A stretch of DNA of 64,000 nt from Lingula anatina. Lineage: Eukaryota > Animalia > Brachiopoda. Below, in pieces: positions 23,978-60,500 of this stretch. The first letter of the stretch is position 1, and each line of letters starts with the position of its first letter. Location of the stretch: positions 22,368,225-22,432,224 of the forward strand of contig CM120640.1 of assembly GCA_051362555.1 (NCBI GenBank). The letters are read 5' to 3'. The translations under genes were made by a program, and so were the position numbers. The notes under the pieces were generated by a model that was given only the letters and a program-made list of their open reading frames with translations, did not search any database and was not told the origin of the DNA.

Positions 23978-26900
23978 TGAAGGACTGGTCAGGGATACGA
24001 GTTCTTGGAAGACCTGGTTTGCTGTGAGAGTTTTGCATGTGAATTAGTGTATAGTTAGTGAAAAGTTTTGTCTTCATGGCCAAACAAGAATACCAATGAC
24101 CTTGTATATCAATTACGCCTTCATGACAATAACAAGAAACAAGAATGCCAATAGCCTAGTATATCAGTTATATCAGTATTTTTTCCTTATTGAATAGGAT
24201 ATTCGTTGGTACAATTTTTCATTGGAGCAACAGTTGTGTTGTCATCATTTATTAGATCATAAGTGAATATATTTATACTCTTATTTTAAGCACTTGTGTT
24301 TCATACCTCACTTTGTTTGAGTGTTTTTCACATATAGAATGTTTTAGCTGTTAAAGTATGGATTTACTACTGATGTGAACAAATGAAGAATAAGCATAAA
24401 CATTGTGACAGTCTTGTAGGGTCCTTTTATTTGGATACTCTTTTTTATTTATTTATTTATTTTTTCATCAAAAAGTGATAATCTTGTGTCTAGCTTTTGT
24501 GTATATTAAGTACAACTATTTAATTAATGATATTATCGTTATGTTATAATAATTTTATGTATAATCTACCTGATGTAGGTAATGGAATGTTCATGCAGAT
24601 GTATTTAATTAGTGAAAAATCTTTTGGATGGAGGATATTTCACACATTTGGAATGTGGTGTTTGTGTTAATTTTCATATTTGAAGTTTTCAAATGTTGCA
24701 TGTGTTTAAAGGTGTATCTTATAATGACAGACTAGATTATAAAAAAGATAGATAGGTAAATATAGTTTTTTATGAAAGGTTTCAGAATGTACATGGGATT
24801 TCATGTTTTCTGTTTTTTTCAGTCAAGTATTTTTAGTGTTTTATGTGGCTAAGGGTATGGGAAGGGCTGCTTTTAGAAAAATCACAGATATTTTTGTTAA
24901 AGCTATACCTAGTTGATATGATAGATATTAATTGCCCGTTTAAGTATAAAATAGATGTTTATTACATGCAGCATGTAATTAGCTTTTGAATGTTGGACTA
25001 CCTACCTGTTGGATTGTCATTTTTTTTTCTTTTCACACCATGTTCTATGATATGGATAGGTCCAAACAGATCATTTCATATGATAAAAATATTTCACTTG
25101 GACATGAATCAGATCACTGTGATGCCCATTGAAATGAGTGCCATAAAATAAGGATATGATTTCAATACTCAATGATTTAAAAACTGTCCTGCATATTTAA
25201 CAATAATCTCATTTATCTGTGTTTGAAACCATGTGTAAAGTAGCATGTCCTAATAAAGCTTTCATTATAAAGTTAAGTAACATTTAAAACAAATAAATGA
25301 ACTCTGGGGAGCAAAGCTGTTTTAACAATAAAATAGTGGATATAGGTTTTTTTTGTTTAGAAGACATTGTTTTGCATCTACCTATTTTTCTGTGGTGCAA
25401 ATAAATTGCCCAGCTTATGGGTCCTTTGGTTCTTGGTGATGGGAAAGAGTTACGCAGTTCTATTGTAAAATGGATTTTTTATGCAGAAAAAAGTAAGAGC
25501 AGGTTTTGACAATTTATTTGCTGCCATTTGTAGAATTTCTGTTATTTACACATACAATAAAGTAATCACGGTGGTGACTTTAATGGTTATTACATATTGG
25601 CAGGCTTTAGATTACTGTTCCATTTATTTATCTATACCAACCTCTGAAAGTATGACTCAATCATTGGAGCACAGCAAAATGTTCAACAGTGAGCACCAAT
25701 AACAAAAGCTGTGCAGACATTCCTTCCTCTGACACTACAAACATTTTCAAAATTTCAAGTTTACACAAGTCTTGCATGTTCACTGCACATTAGAACACAT
25801 CTACACTTTAAAAACCAAATCTTAAATCCTCATATCATTCAACCATTTAAAAATGACAAAATTTCTTGTACACCACCAATCTCAGATATCTTCAACCGAA
25901 ATTATACAATATCCCTCATAACTCGCCATAGTAACTAATTATTTATGGGTAATGATCAAACAAAAGTATGTTTTCAAGGCCATACTGTTTGAGTACAAAA
26001 GTAACTATAATTCCACTGCATTGGAAGTTACATCTAGGAAGGAACTATGTATGACTTCTCACTAAAACAGATTTGAAAAAATATTTTAATATTAAAATGT
26101 AAACGGCAAACAGGTCAAAATTATGTAAAAAATTATATGTATATATAAATAAGTCGGCATAATGGTTTGAAGTGGAAAATAAAAAAAAGGAATTTAAAAA
26201 TGTTTAAATGTACACACATACAAAACCAATTTCACTGAACTATACAAACAGTTCTTGTGGTACAAATATTCAAACATTTCATGGGTGTCACTACAGCATT
26301 GTAAGTACCATTTATTGGGGAAAAATATAAACAGGAATGGTATAAAGTAATCTGACGTCTTGGCTACCATTTCCCTGAGATCTACACTGTACAACATCTA
26401 CTGTTTATCTGCTATCCATTATGAAGAATTTACAGTTGCTGCCTCAAGAAAGACTAACATTATTAATACACTTATACCTGACTTAAATATACTTTTATAG
26501 CATTAAATGTTTAAAGTGCAGACCACCTGGGAAGTCAAACAGCACCAATATTTTAGTCACAATATGGAACTTTGAATTTAGATATTGTTGCCTTTAAAGT
26601 GTCTCTCTCTTAGGTGTGTGAAATATTAATCTTTCTCACTTTTTATAGATATCTGAATCCTAAGTAAACCAATTATATTCTTCAGAGATGCAATGTTATA
26701 ACACGAGATTAAGAAAAAGCAAAACCACTTTAGAAAGCAAAATTGTTTATAAAACATTACAGCAAATCAAACCAATAAAAATATCTCAAGTAAGAAATTA
26801 TTTAAGAATTTAAAGCCATATATCTATTTTCTGTTCTAGTAGAAAAATATGCATTCATAAAAAATTAATTGATATGAGATTATATATATTGAATTAAAAG

Positions 26901-27033
26901 GTGTAGTCAAATACCCAACCTGGAACTCTCTGAACACATCTTTTAGTGATTGTCTTCCTTATCACATGCTTCATTTCTCTTCCTATTTCAAATTAAAATC
27001 ATATTTGTATGGTGCATCCCTTGCAATAATCTT

Positions 27034-47879
<20,846 letters not shown>

Positions 47880-48352
47880 GTTGGACTGGTGGGAGGAACC
47901 CAGAGTACTCCCTTCCTAAAAATAAGTGTATTAATGTTTTAACTGAACATATGGCAAGATATGTTTTGTTACTTAATGTGCAATTATTAAAATGCACATA
48001 CCCCGGTGGAGTAGGTCTATATACCCAAGCTTGAAGTTCAGGCAAAGTCTACAGTATGTACAGGGTACATGTACATTGCATATTAACCTGTAGGCTGTAG
48101 GTACAAAAACGCTTATATTATTGTAATATCTTTTATTGTAATATTTTTTTGGGACAATCTGTCTAAAATGACTCGCTGAAACTGCATTTTGTTTTCAAAT
48201 GCTGGCGTTTTAACGCAAACAAAGTTCCCTAATTCAAGTGAGGTTAATTGGCATTGTGACAAGTTCGGTTTGCCGTTGGCGTTGCATTGTCTTAACCAAG
48301 CTACTTATATCAACGGCAAGTGATGGTAAAAATTTTAGATGAGTAAACTTAC

Positions 48353-50120
<1,768 letters not shown>

Positions 50121-50955
50121 ATATGTTTGGAACTTTATAATCTTATAAAGGTGCTGTTAATTACAGTTTATTCATGAGACCTGTATATATTAATATATGT
50201 AAGAATATGATGTAACACACTAGTGACTTAATTACCAGATGTTTTTATACTTGGTGCAATCATTACAGAGACTGAAATGATGTTTTTTGAAGATACCTAT
50301 TTTACATAATGAAACCATATGATGTAAAGTACTCAATTTTATTGATTTAAAAAATATTCATCATGAGTAGATTGACTGTAACATAATTGTATGACATAAG
50401 TTATGATTCTTGTATATGTAATTACAAGTACTCTCAACTTAATAAGATAATGTGTAAGTTCATGTTTTCATGTTTTTTAATGGAATTTCCATATAAGAAC
50501 AGTCAAAATTGATGAAAAAACTTGGTAGACAAAATTTGTTTTTGTTATTTAGAAATATGAGGATGTTTGAGATGCATAGCAACTACAATTTAGGGTTGGT
50601 TATGGTGTTTAATTTTTTCAGGAGAAAGAAATGTCAATTAAATCCACAGTGTGGGTGATCTTTTAGCATGAATTAAAACATCAATTGTGAAACCAAACCA
50701 AAACCCAATGTTTAATTTCATTTGACAAAATGAAAAAGATTCCCTCAAAACCCAGGCTGGTTACACATGTTAATCAAGGAGGTGTAGTGCTAATAGTGGT
50801 TGGTTGTTGAGGATACTTGAAAAATTTGCTGATTGCCCTGAAGTACCATATACTGTACTGAAGTACTGTATATAGTCTTTTTAAATCTTATGCACAAAAA
50901 TTTTTAGAATAAACTTTGAGCGGGATTTTGAAGAAACTGGTAAAAATTCATATTA

Positions 50956-53433
50956 TTGTACCACCAGCGTTAGCGCTGGCGGTACACATGGTTTCGGTCC
51001 CGTCCGGATCGTTCTGCCGGCTCCGCCAGCTCCGCCGGCTCCGCCGGACGGCTACCGTTACCGCTTCTCCTCCTAGACGGTAAGGGCCCCCGTACCCATC
51101 TCATGGATTTAGGTCACCTATAATCTCAACTCGTTCCACGTAAAATTTGGGCTTTGTCGGTATTGGGGTCTGGGTGTGGCACTCATTACAATGCACCCTT
51201 GTCTAAAAATGGCAAAATTAAATGCTAATTATCTACCCTACGGAAGGAGTTATGGGAAAAATTTCTATAGACGGCTTTCCAAAAGTCATATGTGTAGATT
51301 CAAATATACCCTTGGATTTGACCTTTGACCTTTACTTCAAGGTCAAATGGGCCAAAATTTTCAAAAAAATGAAATTTTTTACGAAAAAATTTTTTTTTTG
51401 CCCTGTTATTCAGACACTACACAGACTTAACCAATAATATTATTGGAAAGTGTTACCCTTCAGGTCATCTTTCATCTCCATGAATTTGGGGTCAATCGGT
51501 GCATTTTCACGGGAGTAGCGGCCATAAGATACCGAAACTGAAAACTGTCTCTAATTCGGGAACCGTTAACGCTAGAGACCCATTCTTTTTTTGCATTTTG
51601 TAGAGCATGTAAAGCCCAACACTGGAGGTGGTCTCGTTTTTTTTTGTATTCCATACGGTTTTCGAGTTACGCTGTATCAAAAAGTACATATTGGTTGTAA
51701 AAGCAAAATGTGCAGTACGGTAATGGATAATAAATTTTGAACTCTGGAAAAATAAAACATAAGGCTTGGCAAAGCAGACAACTTGTGTTCAAAAATGACA
51801 TTATTTCATCAAATTTGAACTTCTGAAACTTCAGAGCACCTCCTATTTCAAGAATTTTGACCAAAATGACATTTTCTTTATTTTAATTAATTTTTTCTGT
51901 AAGAAATTTAAGGCACATTATGGTAACTCCAAAATTATAACATTTAGTCCCTTATATCTCCAAAACTGGCAGAGATAGGTCCATAGTTACTATTGAAGTT
52001 GAATAGGAAGTCATATACTGGCAATCTTACTGTGACCTTGAAATTGACCTTTGACCTACTTTTCACCATGAATTGAACTTTGCAAATTTTGCTTTCCTTT
52101 TATCTCCAAAACTGGCAGAGATAGGTCCGTAGTTACTTTTGAACTTGAATAGGAAGTCATATACTGGCAATCTATATGTGACCTTAAAATTGACCTTTGA
52201 CCTACTTTTCACCATGAATTGAACTTTGCAAATTTTGCTTTCCTTTTATCTCCAAAACTGGCAGAGATAGGTCCGTAGTTATTATTGAACTTGAATAGGA
52301 AGTCATTTACTGGCAATCTATATGTGACCTTAAAATTGACCTTTGACCTACTTTTCACCATGAACTGAACTTTGCAAATTTTGCTTCCCTTTTATCTCCA
52401 AAACTGGCTGAGATAGGTCCATAGTTAGTATTGAACTTGAATAGAAAGTCATATACTGGCAATCTAAATGTGACCTTGAAATTGACCTTTGACCTACTTT
52501 TCACCATGAATTGAACTTTGCAAATTTTGCTTTCCTTTTATCTCCAAAACTGGCAGAGATAGGTCCGTAGTTACTATTGAACTTGAATAGGAAGTCATAT
52601 ACTGGTAATCTATATGTGACCTTAAAATTGACCTTTGACCTACTTTTCACCATGAATTGAACTTTGCAAATTTTGCTTTCCTTTTATCTCCAAAACTGGC
52701 AGAGATAGGTCCGTAGTTATTATTGAACTTGAATAGGAAGTCATTTACTGGCAATCTATATGTGACCTTAAAATTGACCTTTGACCTACTTTTCACCATG
52801 AACTGAACTTTGCAAATTTTTCTTCCCTTTTATCTCCAAAACTGGCAGAGATAGGTCCGTAGTTACTATTGAACTTGAATAGGAAGTCATTTACTGGCAA
52901 TATATATGTGACCTTAAAATTGACCTTTGACCTACTTTACACCATGAACTGAATTTTGCAAATTTTTCTTCCCTTTTATCTCCAAAACTGGCAGAGATAG
53001 GTCCATAGTTACTATTGAACTTGAATAGGAAGTCATATACTGACAATCTAATATGTGACCTTAAAATTGACCTTTGACCTACTTTTCACCATGAACTGAA
53101 CTTTGCAAATTTTGCTTCCCTTTTATCTCCAAAACTGGCAGAGATAGGTCCATAGTTACTCTTGAACTTGAATAGGAAGTCATATACTGGCAATTTACTG
53201 TGACCTTGAAATTGACCCTTGACCTATCTTACGAAGAACTTAAATTTGATTGTACCATATATATTTTTTGCAAAAGTTTAAAAATTCTTGTTGATTGCAT
53301 TTTTACAGCTTGTCAAGCACAAAACTGGTGGCTGTGTCCCTTATTTTGTGTATGTGGGGGTCTATATGAATGCGCTTGCTCCAGCTGGTGGTACAATATT
53401 CGGAGGCGGTATTGCCTCTCTGATCCTCTAGTT
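50956..53433 (+). mobile_element. Non-autonomous Helentron-associated element (HINE/DINE-1/pearl-like) with internal satellite, copy 1
   Basis: 5' subterminal inverted repeat (subTIR) ttgtaccaccagc with hairpin (taccaccagcg-tta-gcgctggcggta), (GCTCCGCCG)n microsatellite, TGACCTTTGACCT motifs, central tandem array, 3' subTIR gctggtggtacaa, stem-loop gaggc-ggtatt-gcctc and terminal CTAGTT. Confidence 0.85.
51955..53225 (+). repeat. 146-bp tandem repeat, about 8.7 highly similar copies
   Basis: TATCTCCAAAACTGGC recurs at 51955, 52101, 52247, 52393, 52539, 52685, 52831, 52977 and 53124. Confidence 0.95.
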
Positions 53434-53844
53434 AAGTCATATTTTTAGTGGCTATTATTTTTTAAATGAAATTGGAACATACTACACATGAAATATTTGA
53501 TCTTTTCCATTTAGACAATACATTGAAGCAAATAATTTAACAAAGATATTTTTAATATTCTTCACATGCTCTGAAAGATTTTCTCTTATCTTAAAAACAT
53601 TAAACCGGCCGACTTGCAGATGACGGGTGTATGTCGGGTAGGTGGGAAACGACGTGGTCAAAGGGGGGGGGGGGGGGGGGCAAAGTGTCATTGTGACCTT
53701 GTAATGAGCAGCATTTTGCTGGCATTTGTAGTAAAACAGAAATTTACTGTATAATTCACATCGCATGTGTTGTTCTTTATTACAATCACTTCGTCTGCTT
53801 CGTCATTATTAACCTACAGCGTAGATGATAGCAAAAATTTGAAA

Positions 53845-54135
53845 CCGGTAAGCACCTGCCTCGTATTGATCAATGACGTCACTTTCAACATGGCGGAAGC
53901 CTTAGAAGGTAGCAGCAGAATTGAATTGGACATGTTACAAGGTTCTTTGTTAAACTAAAGAATTATCAGGAGGGGCTGTAAGCCAGGTAAAATTAATCCA
54001 GTGAAATTCTAAAAGTGGTGTTGCAATGTTATTTGAGCATCCAGAAACGCTGTTGGTAATGCAAATGGTACCGTAAACTGGTTTGTTTTGGCATTCTAGT
54101 CCAAAACCGCAGTCATAGTTGACGTCAGTGACTCG
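53845..54135 (+). promoter_or_regulatory. Candidate promoter / first-exon region of the OTUD7 gene
   Basis: CpG-enriched; two perfect CRE palindromes TGACGTCA (53874-53881, 54120-54127) and YY1 motif AACATGGCGG near 53888. Assignment to OTUD7 is inferred from position only. Confidence 0.45.
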
Positions 54136-54902
54136 TCCACTCTCTTTCATATCTAAAATTTATAGAATACCCAGAATCAAGGAAATTTTGATCGGGTATT
54201 CCTTGACAATGGAAGTATTTTAAGTGCGTCATCAATTACAACGTAATCTATCGAAAAGAGCCTAGACTACCACGAATCCGTCAATAGGTGTGTATTTCGT
54301 TCTAAGCCAAGACTAAAGCCATCGACATAGGCCAAGATATAGTCTTCAGAAACTGCACCAGGTATATATGCAGCTAGTGAAGATGAAAAGGGAAAAGGGA
54401 GTTCCATTTCAGATTGTGGGCGAAAGTTTCATTAGAATCATTTCCCTATAGTTGTCTGAGGGTGCATTCAAATTCAAATATACTAGCTTGGACGGTCCAA
54501 TTCAGAGCAGGGGATCTAGCTTTTAAAAGTGCAATAAGTGGAATCACCTTAATCAGCACACAATGTCTAATCACCACCTAGCTGCTCAAGAAGGCATGTC
54601 AGACAACTAAACTGATTCTACTAATTGCACTTTAGTGAGAATCTCCTGCAGAGTTCAATGTGTGAGTCTGAATGTGGTTTGAGAGATTTTTTATTGTGTG
54701 TGTGTGTTTGCAGTTTAACATAAAAGTCAAGAGAAAATATTAACAGAAGTGCAACATGGATTATTACAGCACACTAATGCCTTTGTAAAGCGGGCGGGTG
54801 GGGATGGGGTATTTTCATTTTTTAATTAGAACCATGACTTTATTCCACTGTCTCCCTGCTCCAGGAGACAGTGTATATCTGACCATTTTATTAAAAAAAG
54901 AG

Positions 54903-55065
54903 AAACTTTCAGAAACTTTAAGGGCTTCTACCGTACTAATCTTTTGGATAGTAAGGGTCTAAAAGTGGACTGGTGCTACTTTGTGAAAAAAGTTACAGAA
55001 ACTTTCAGAAACTTTTTAGGCTTCTACAATACTAACCTTTAGGGCCTAAAAGTGGACTAATGCTA
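54903..55065. repeat. Imperfect direct duplication of about 70-75 bp
   Basis: agaaactttcagaaacttt...ggcttctac...tactaa...ctaaaagtggact..tgcta occurs twice. Confidence 0.7.
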
Positions 55066-57286
55066 AATTCTTAGATTGCATTTCCTTCTTGGCCCTTGCA
55101 TAATGAAATCTGAAACTTCATTGCGGAGACATTGTTGATGTAGTGCAAATCAAAGCAAAGCTGTATTTTTTAAGCCATTTAGATTTGGTTGCTTTTTGAT
55201 AGCTGTATAAACCCACAGTGTGATACTGGTAAATATTGGTATATCTAAACAAAGGTTTATCATTGATAATGTTTGAACAACTTGTATCAATATGTGCCAT
55301 TCCTAAAATATTAAAAAATTCATTAGTGAAAATAAAACATTTAAGTTAAGTTGTCTTATCAATATGTAAAAAAAAATTATATATGGAAAGCACAGTATAT
55401 ATGGAAAGCACATCAAAGTTCCATGCAGTTCCATGCATGTAATAAGTCAGTAATCAGTTTTGATGCCTCTGCAAACAAGTGGTGGGGAATTATCTGAGTG
55501 GAACTTAAGCATTCACTGCCTTTCTACTAAGGTTATCACACTACATGCCATTATGTTATGACAGTCAATCCAAAAAGACCACAAAAGGATTGTGATCTAG
55601 CAGAAATCATAAGACCTTAAGGTTACAGGGTATTTTGCATGCATGTTCATGATTGCTGATATCTGACCTTGTTGTGGACAGCAGCCATTTACCTGCATTG
55701 TTAGGCTGTATGAATATGCATCATATGGATTTTTGATGCTATTTGTAAATAATATGAAAGAAGTAAGACTTGAGGACACATTGGAGAATCTTTACAGTTA
55801 TGTGTAGATGTGGTGGAAGTTCTCTTATTTAGTTGGCAGTTTGTGCACCGTGAAGTAATGGTGAAGGTGGGTTTATATTTCTCTTAAAAGAAATTGCAAA
55901 TAAGATTGAAGCTTGAGCAAGATATGAAAGTGGATAGGGCAATTTTTCATTTTTGGGATGTCTGAGTCCTGGATATGATATGGGATTAATTAGACCATTG
56001 ACATTAATTTCATAGATATGAGATGATCAGGGAATAAAAGTATACAGGTGCTGTTTTTAGGTATTTTTCATATGAGGAGTATTTATTCATTTGGAGAATT
56101 GTTAAGCAAATGGCCAGTAAATAAGTGATCTATTTGCTATGTGGAATGAGTCATGTTGGCAGTGATTACTGAAAATCTGCCATGTTTCCTTTTCACCTGC
56201 GAGCAGAGTTCAGAAGGCGAAGATACACTTAGCATGGGGCAGTTTATGCCCTAGACAGAAATATTTCTGTAGGCTCTGGTTTAATTTGATAGGTTCAAAA
56301 ATAAGGGACCAGAATTTGCATACCATATTCTGTCATTGCATCAAGTTTTAAGTACAAGGTTATGGATTGACATGCTGGGATGGAAAAATTCAAACCAGTT
56401 TTACTTCTTGACTAGTCATTCATTTTTTACATTAGCATTTATCATATTAACTGTCAGTGAAGTGAGGACACCCTATTATGTAACCTGTTTAAGCAAATAA
56501 TTTCAGGTGGAATGGGTAATCTTTCATTGAAATTGCAGGAAGTAGGGCTGCATGTTGTGACTTGGTAAATTCATTGCACAGGAAAATCCATATTTCTTCA
56601 AAGCATAACTTGAGACTGTGCCACACACCAGTGCAACATTATGAGTAGTAACACATCTATCCCATGACATTTAGCTGATGTTATTACTTGGAAATAATAA
56701 TATGGGCCCTGGAAGCCCTGTGAACACGACAGTAGGAGACAGTTGTGATGGAAGATTTTTGTAGGATAGAGGCTTAGCTCTGATGTAGTCATAAATCTTG
56801 TAAGAATTTTTTTGCAATATTTTAAGTCACTTGTTTAAAGTACGCCATAGTATACAGCCATTGTTTTGGGGTGTTAAACCCATTTAACCTTATATGGAAT
56901 TTTGTTTATCAAACCACAGTGACTCAAACATATGAAAGGTCTGCTAATAGCAATGCCTTTTGTTGACATAGGTTGTAAAACACCAGCAAATTATTTACGT
57001 TTCTATGAATGATTACATGAATAAACACAATGGAATCCTGGCCATGGAAATGTCAAGGAGACACCAAAAAAGTCAATGACATTAAGCTCAATCAGACAGA
57101 TATGTCTAACAAAACAATGTCACATTTGAGTAATTTGGATTTTTGTTTCATGCTTTAACTCTTTATACTGGCTTTGGTTTCTGTTGTCATTGGGACAGGA
57201 TCTGACACAGATATAAATCCTGTTAGTTACTTCTTTAATGTTGCCACTCAGAAATACCCCAAAAAACATTTTAACAGTTTATAAGG

Positions 57287-57308
57287 TGTGTGTATGTGTG
57301 TGTGTGTA

Positions 57309-57354
<46 letters not shown>
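57287..57354. repeat. Compound (TG)n(AG)n microsatellite
   Basis: Direct reading of the sequence. Confidence 0.9.
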
Positions 57355-57357
<3 letters not shown>

Positions 57358-57536
57358 CAGAGACTGTATTGTGAACACAGCATTACAAGGTGGGAGAATT
57401 GAATCAAAGACCTTTTAATATATATTGTTTATATCTATTTGCTAACATGTTATTGTGAGTCAGGGAAGGATTTATTTACCAAGCTGTGCTTGATTTCCAG
57501 CATGCTGTCTCCTTGTTAGTGTAGCAGCTGTGGACC

Positions 57537-60500
57537 ATGGATAAAAAATTGTCACAGTTCATAACAGAGACTGGGGCAGACCCAGGGCTGGCCAGGGATC
57601 TTCTAGAAGGTGAGTAAAGAGGGCCACTAAATTTGATGCACACCAGAGACTGGAACAGACCCAGGGCTGACCAGGGACCTTCTAGACTGTGAGTAAAGAG
57701 GGTCACAAAATGTGATGCCCGTCTGAGACTGGGGCAGACCCAGGGCTGGCCAGGGACCTTCTTGATGGTGAGTTAAGAGTTTCACAAAGTTTGATGCAGA
57801 CTCAGGATTGGCCAGGGACCTACAAGAAGTTGAGTAAAGATGGTCACAAAGTGTTATGGGACTGGGACAACGGAGGAATAGGTTTCTAAAGGTTTCATTT
57901 TTTGAAGTGAGCATATTTATTGACAAAATACTACCTTGGTTATTTATTAATGATTGTAAACTTATGTGGAGTTTATATAAATCATGTTTTATGCTACTGT
58001 TTGAAGTTTTTAATCAGTGAATATAGCTGAACCATATTAACCAACTTTTACAATTCTGTATCTAATAGGGAGAGCTTCAAGTTTAACCTTTAGATTATTT
58101 ATAATTCAGTAAGTTGAGTAATTTACACTTATTTTTTCAGTGTGGTGTTAAAATGCTACAGTTTAATGTTTTTCAAGAGTATAGGTTAATGTTGAATAAT
58201 CTTGGTTTAAATCAAAACTGAACTTGTTTTCCCCATTACTATATTTTATAGGTGCGAATTATGATTACATCCAAGCTCTAAAGGCATTTAACTCTATGAG
58301 GAGTGGCACACCGCCCTTTCCACGTGATCTGTCACCCGTTCTGGAAGAAACTAAACCTCATGTTGTGAGTCAGCGGCAGGTCTTTGGACAGCAAACCAAG
58401 GCAAACCAGTTCCCTGTGAATGATGGAGGGGTGGGATTCAGGCAGAGTGAAAATGATACGGCCAACAGCGGAGGGAAAATGAAGCCTCCTCTTGTCAAGG
58501 GCGAAGCTGTTGAAAAAGGTTCCATTTCAGGTTCCGATGCAGGTAAATATGAGGAAAAGTTCATGTGTAAATCACCATTGTTTGCTTATAAGACCTTAAA
58601 TGCTGTCTTCTTTTTCCCATCGACTTTCTCATTTAGGAGTTATTTCCAATATTTATTGCAGTATGCTTTTATCAAAAAGCAATTTTATTATCCACAACTG
58701 CTTTCAGAAAATCTCATTTGTCATTTATTTATCTGGTTGGTATTTCTAGCTGAATTCCTCAATTTTACCCAGTATGTTGTAGATGCAACTGATAATATTT
58801 GGTTCCCAGGAGTCTTTCATATATCATGACAAGCAGACATGGCATTATAGGAAAATATTGAGACTAAGCTAAATAAACAAGAAATATGCCTCTGAGAGAA
58901 ATAGGTAAAGTCATGTTTTAAATTGACTCGCCATTAGGTCAAAAGAAGCTGAAGCGAGGAATATCAGCAGCCACTCAGAATTTGAGTCTTGTGGATCATG
59001 CTCGTCAAGAAGTGCTCAGTGACATTAAGGAATCTCGGGATGATCAATTTCCACATCTAGTGGAGACGCCAGAGTTCACATTCATGCTTCCAGACCTGAC
59101 CAAATACACTGAAGACTACAGGGCTTTCCTTGAGAAAGATCTCATTGAAATGTCCACTTTAGTGTCACTAGAGCAGGCAGGTGAGTCATTTTTAAAGAGC
59201 CATGGGCACATTTTTGTAGTAAAGTTTTAAATTGAACTCATGTATGTTTTGTACCAATGAACCATGTAGAAAAAAGACAAGATAAATATAGACCTGTATT
59301 CACTTTCATGAAAAGACCTGGCAATTTTTTATGTTTATGACTCTGAATTATTATTACTTTTATTATGGATCTTTGCTTGATTTGATTGGTGTAAAATATT
59401 GCAAACCTGCATTAAGTGTAAGTTCCCATGGGTTCTGATTCTGCTTACCCACTGTGTCAGATAATAAATTGTGTAAATGCATTTTACCTTCTTGTACTTA
59501 TGTGCCTGCAGCCTTTGGGGGTTTAGGCTGCCAAGATGTCGTTGTGTACAACTTAATTTATATCACCTAATGGGGTGCTAGTATATGAGCAATCATTTCA
59601 AGGGCGCTCTGAATGACATTGGACAGTTTGAAGTAGTTTTGGTTCTAAATCTTACTGATGAACATCTGTGGTAAATTGACCATAAATAGAAGTAATGGAT
59701 ATTTTATGATGCCAAAAGATTTGTATTATGAATATATAATAACTGATCTATCTAAAAGGTTGACGGTATGCTACTAACACAATGATTAAAGTATGTTTGG
59801 GATATTCAATAGAATCAAAATATTTAGGACAATAGGACAAGTCATAATCAGAAACATACAACAAAACATTAATTATAAACAATGGGTTTGTTATAATCGT
59901 AAAACGGGGGGATGGCCTTTAGATAATCTTGTGATCAAAATTTGGCTCTCAATTCAACAAAAATTCCTGATAGATTAAGACTTATTGCTGATGTAAATAG
60001 GTGCAGAAAAATAATGGTTCCTTAGCCACATTTTATTGCTTTCAGAATTTGATACTATTGAAAAATCTTGTTCCTGGAATTTCCAGTTGCTATTAATGCC
60101 GCACCTAGGCAGCTCTCTAATTCTTGATCCTTTCTTAACCTTTTAACATGCCCATCTAAATATATTGTTTATCTCTTACATTTTTACCTGACATATTTGA
60201 TTAGGTATCGGGTTTGTATCATCAGTCCAATTGGACTGAAAAGTAATAGACTTTGTATTTAACACCTAGCTATTGAACTTTGTTCAGATTGTTCCCTGCC
60301 TCACATCATGTTGAGTTTCATGTCATCAAGATTGACAGAGAATATGCACCTCCTGGGTCTGACTGGGTGTTCTCATGTACTGCTGTAATTCATATCACTT
60401 AGACATGATTGCAGGATGCTTGAGAATATCCTTTCATATCAGAAATTGAACTAGCTTATATCAAGGGGAGAAAATTTTATGTCTAAGAGCTGCATCACAG

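Noticed and set aside
51955-53225. Regular repeat array resembling a CRISPR locus
   Set aside because: Units are contiguous 146-bp monomers with no unique spacers, there are no cas genes, and the context is eukaryotic.
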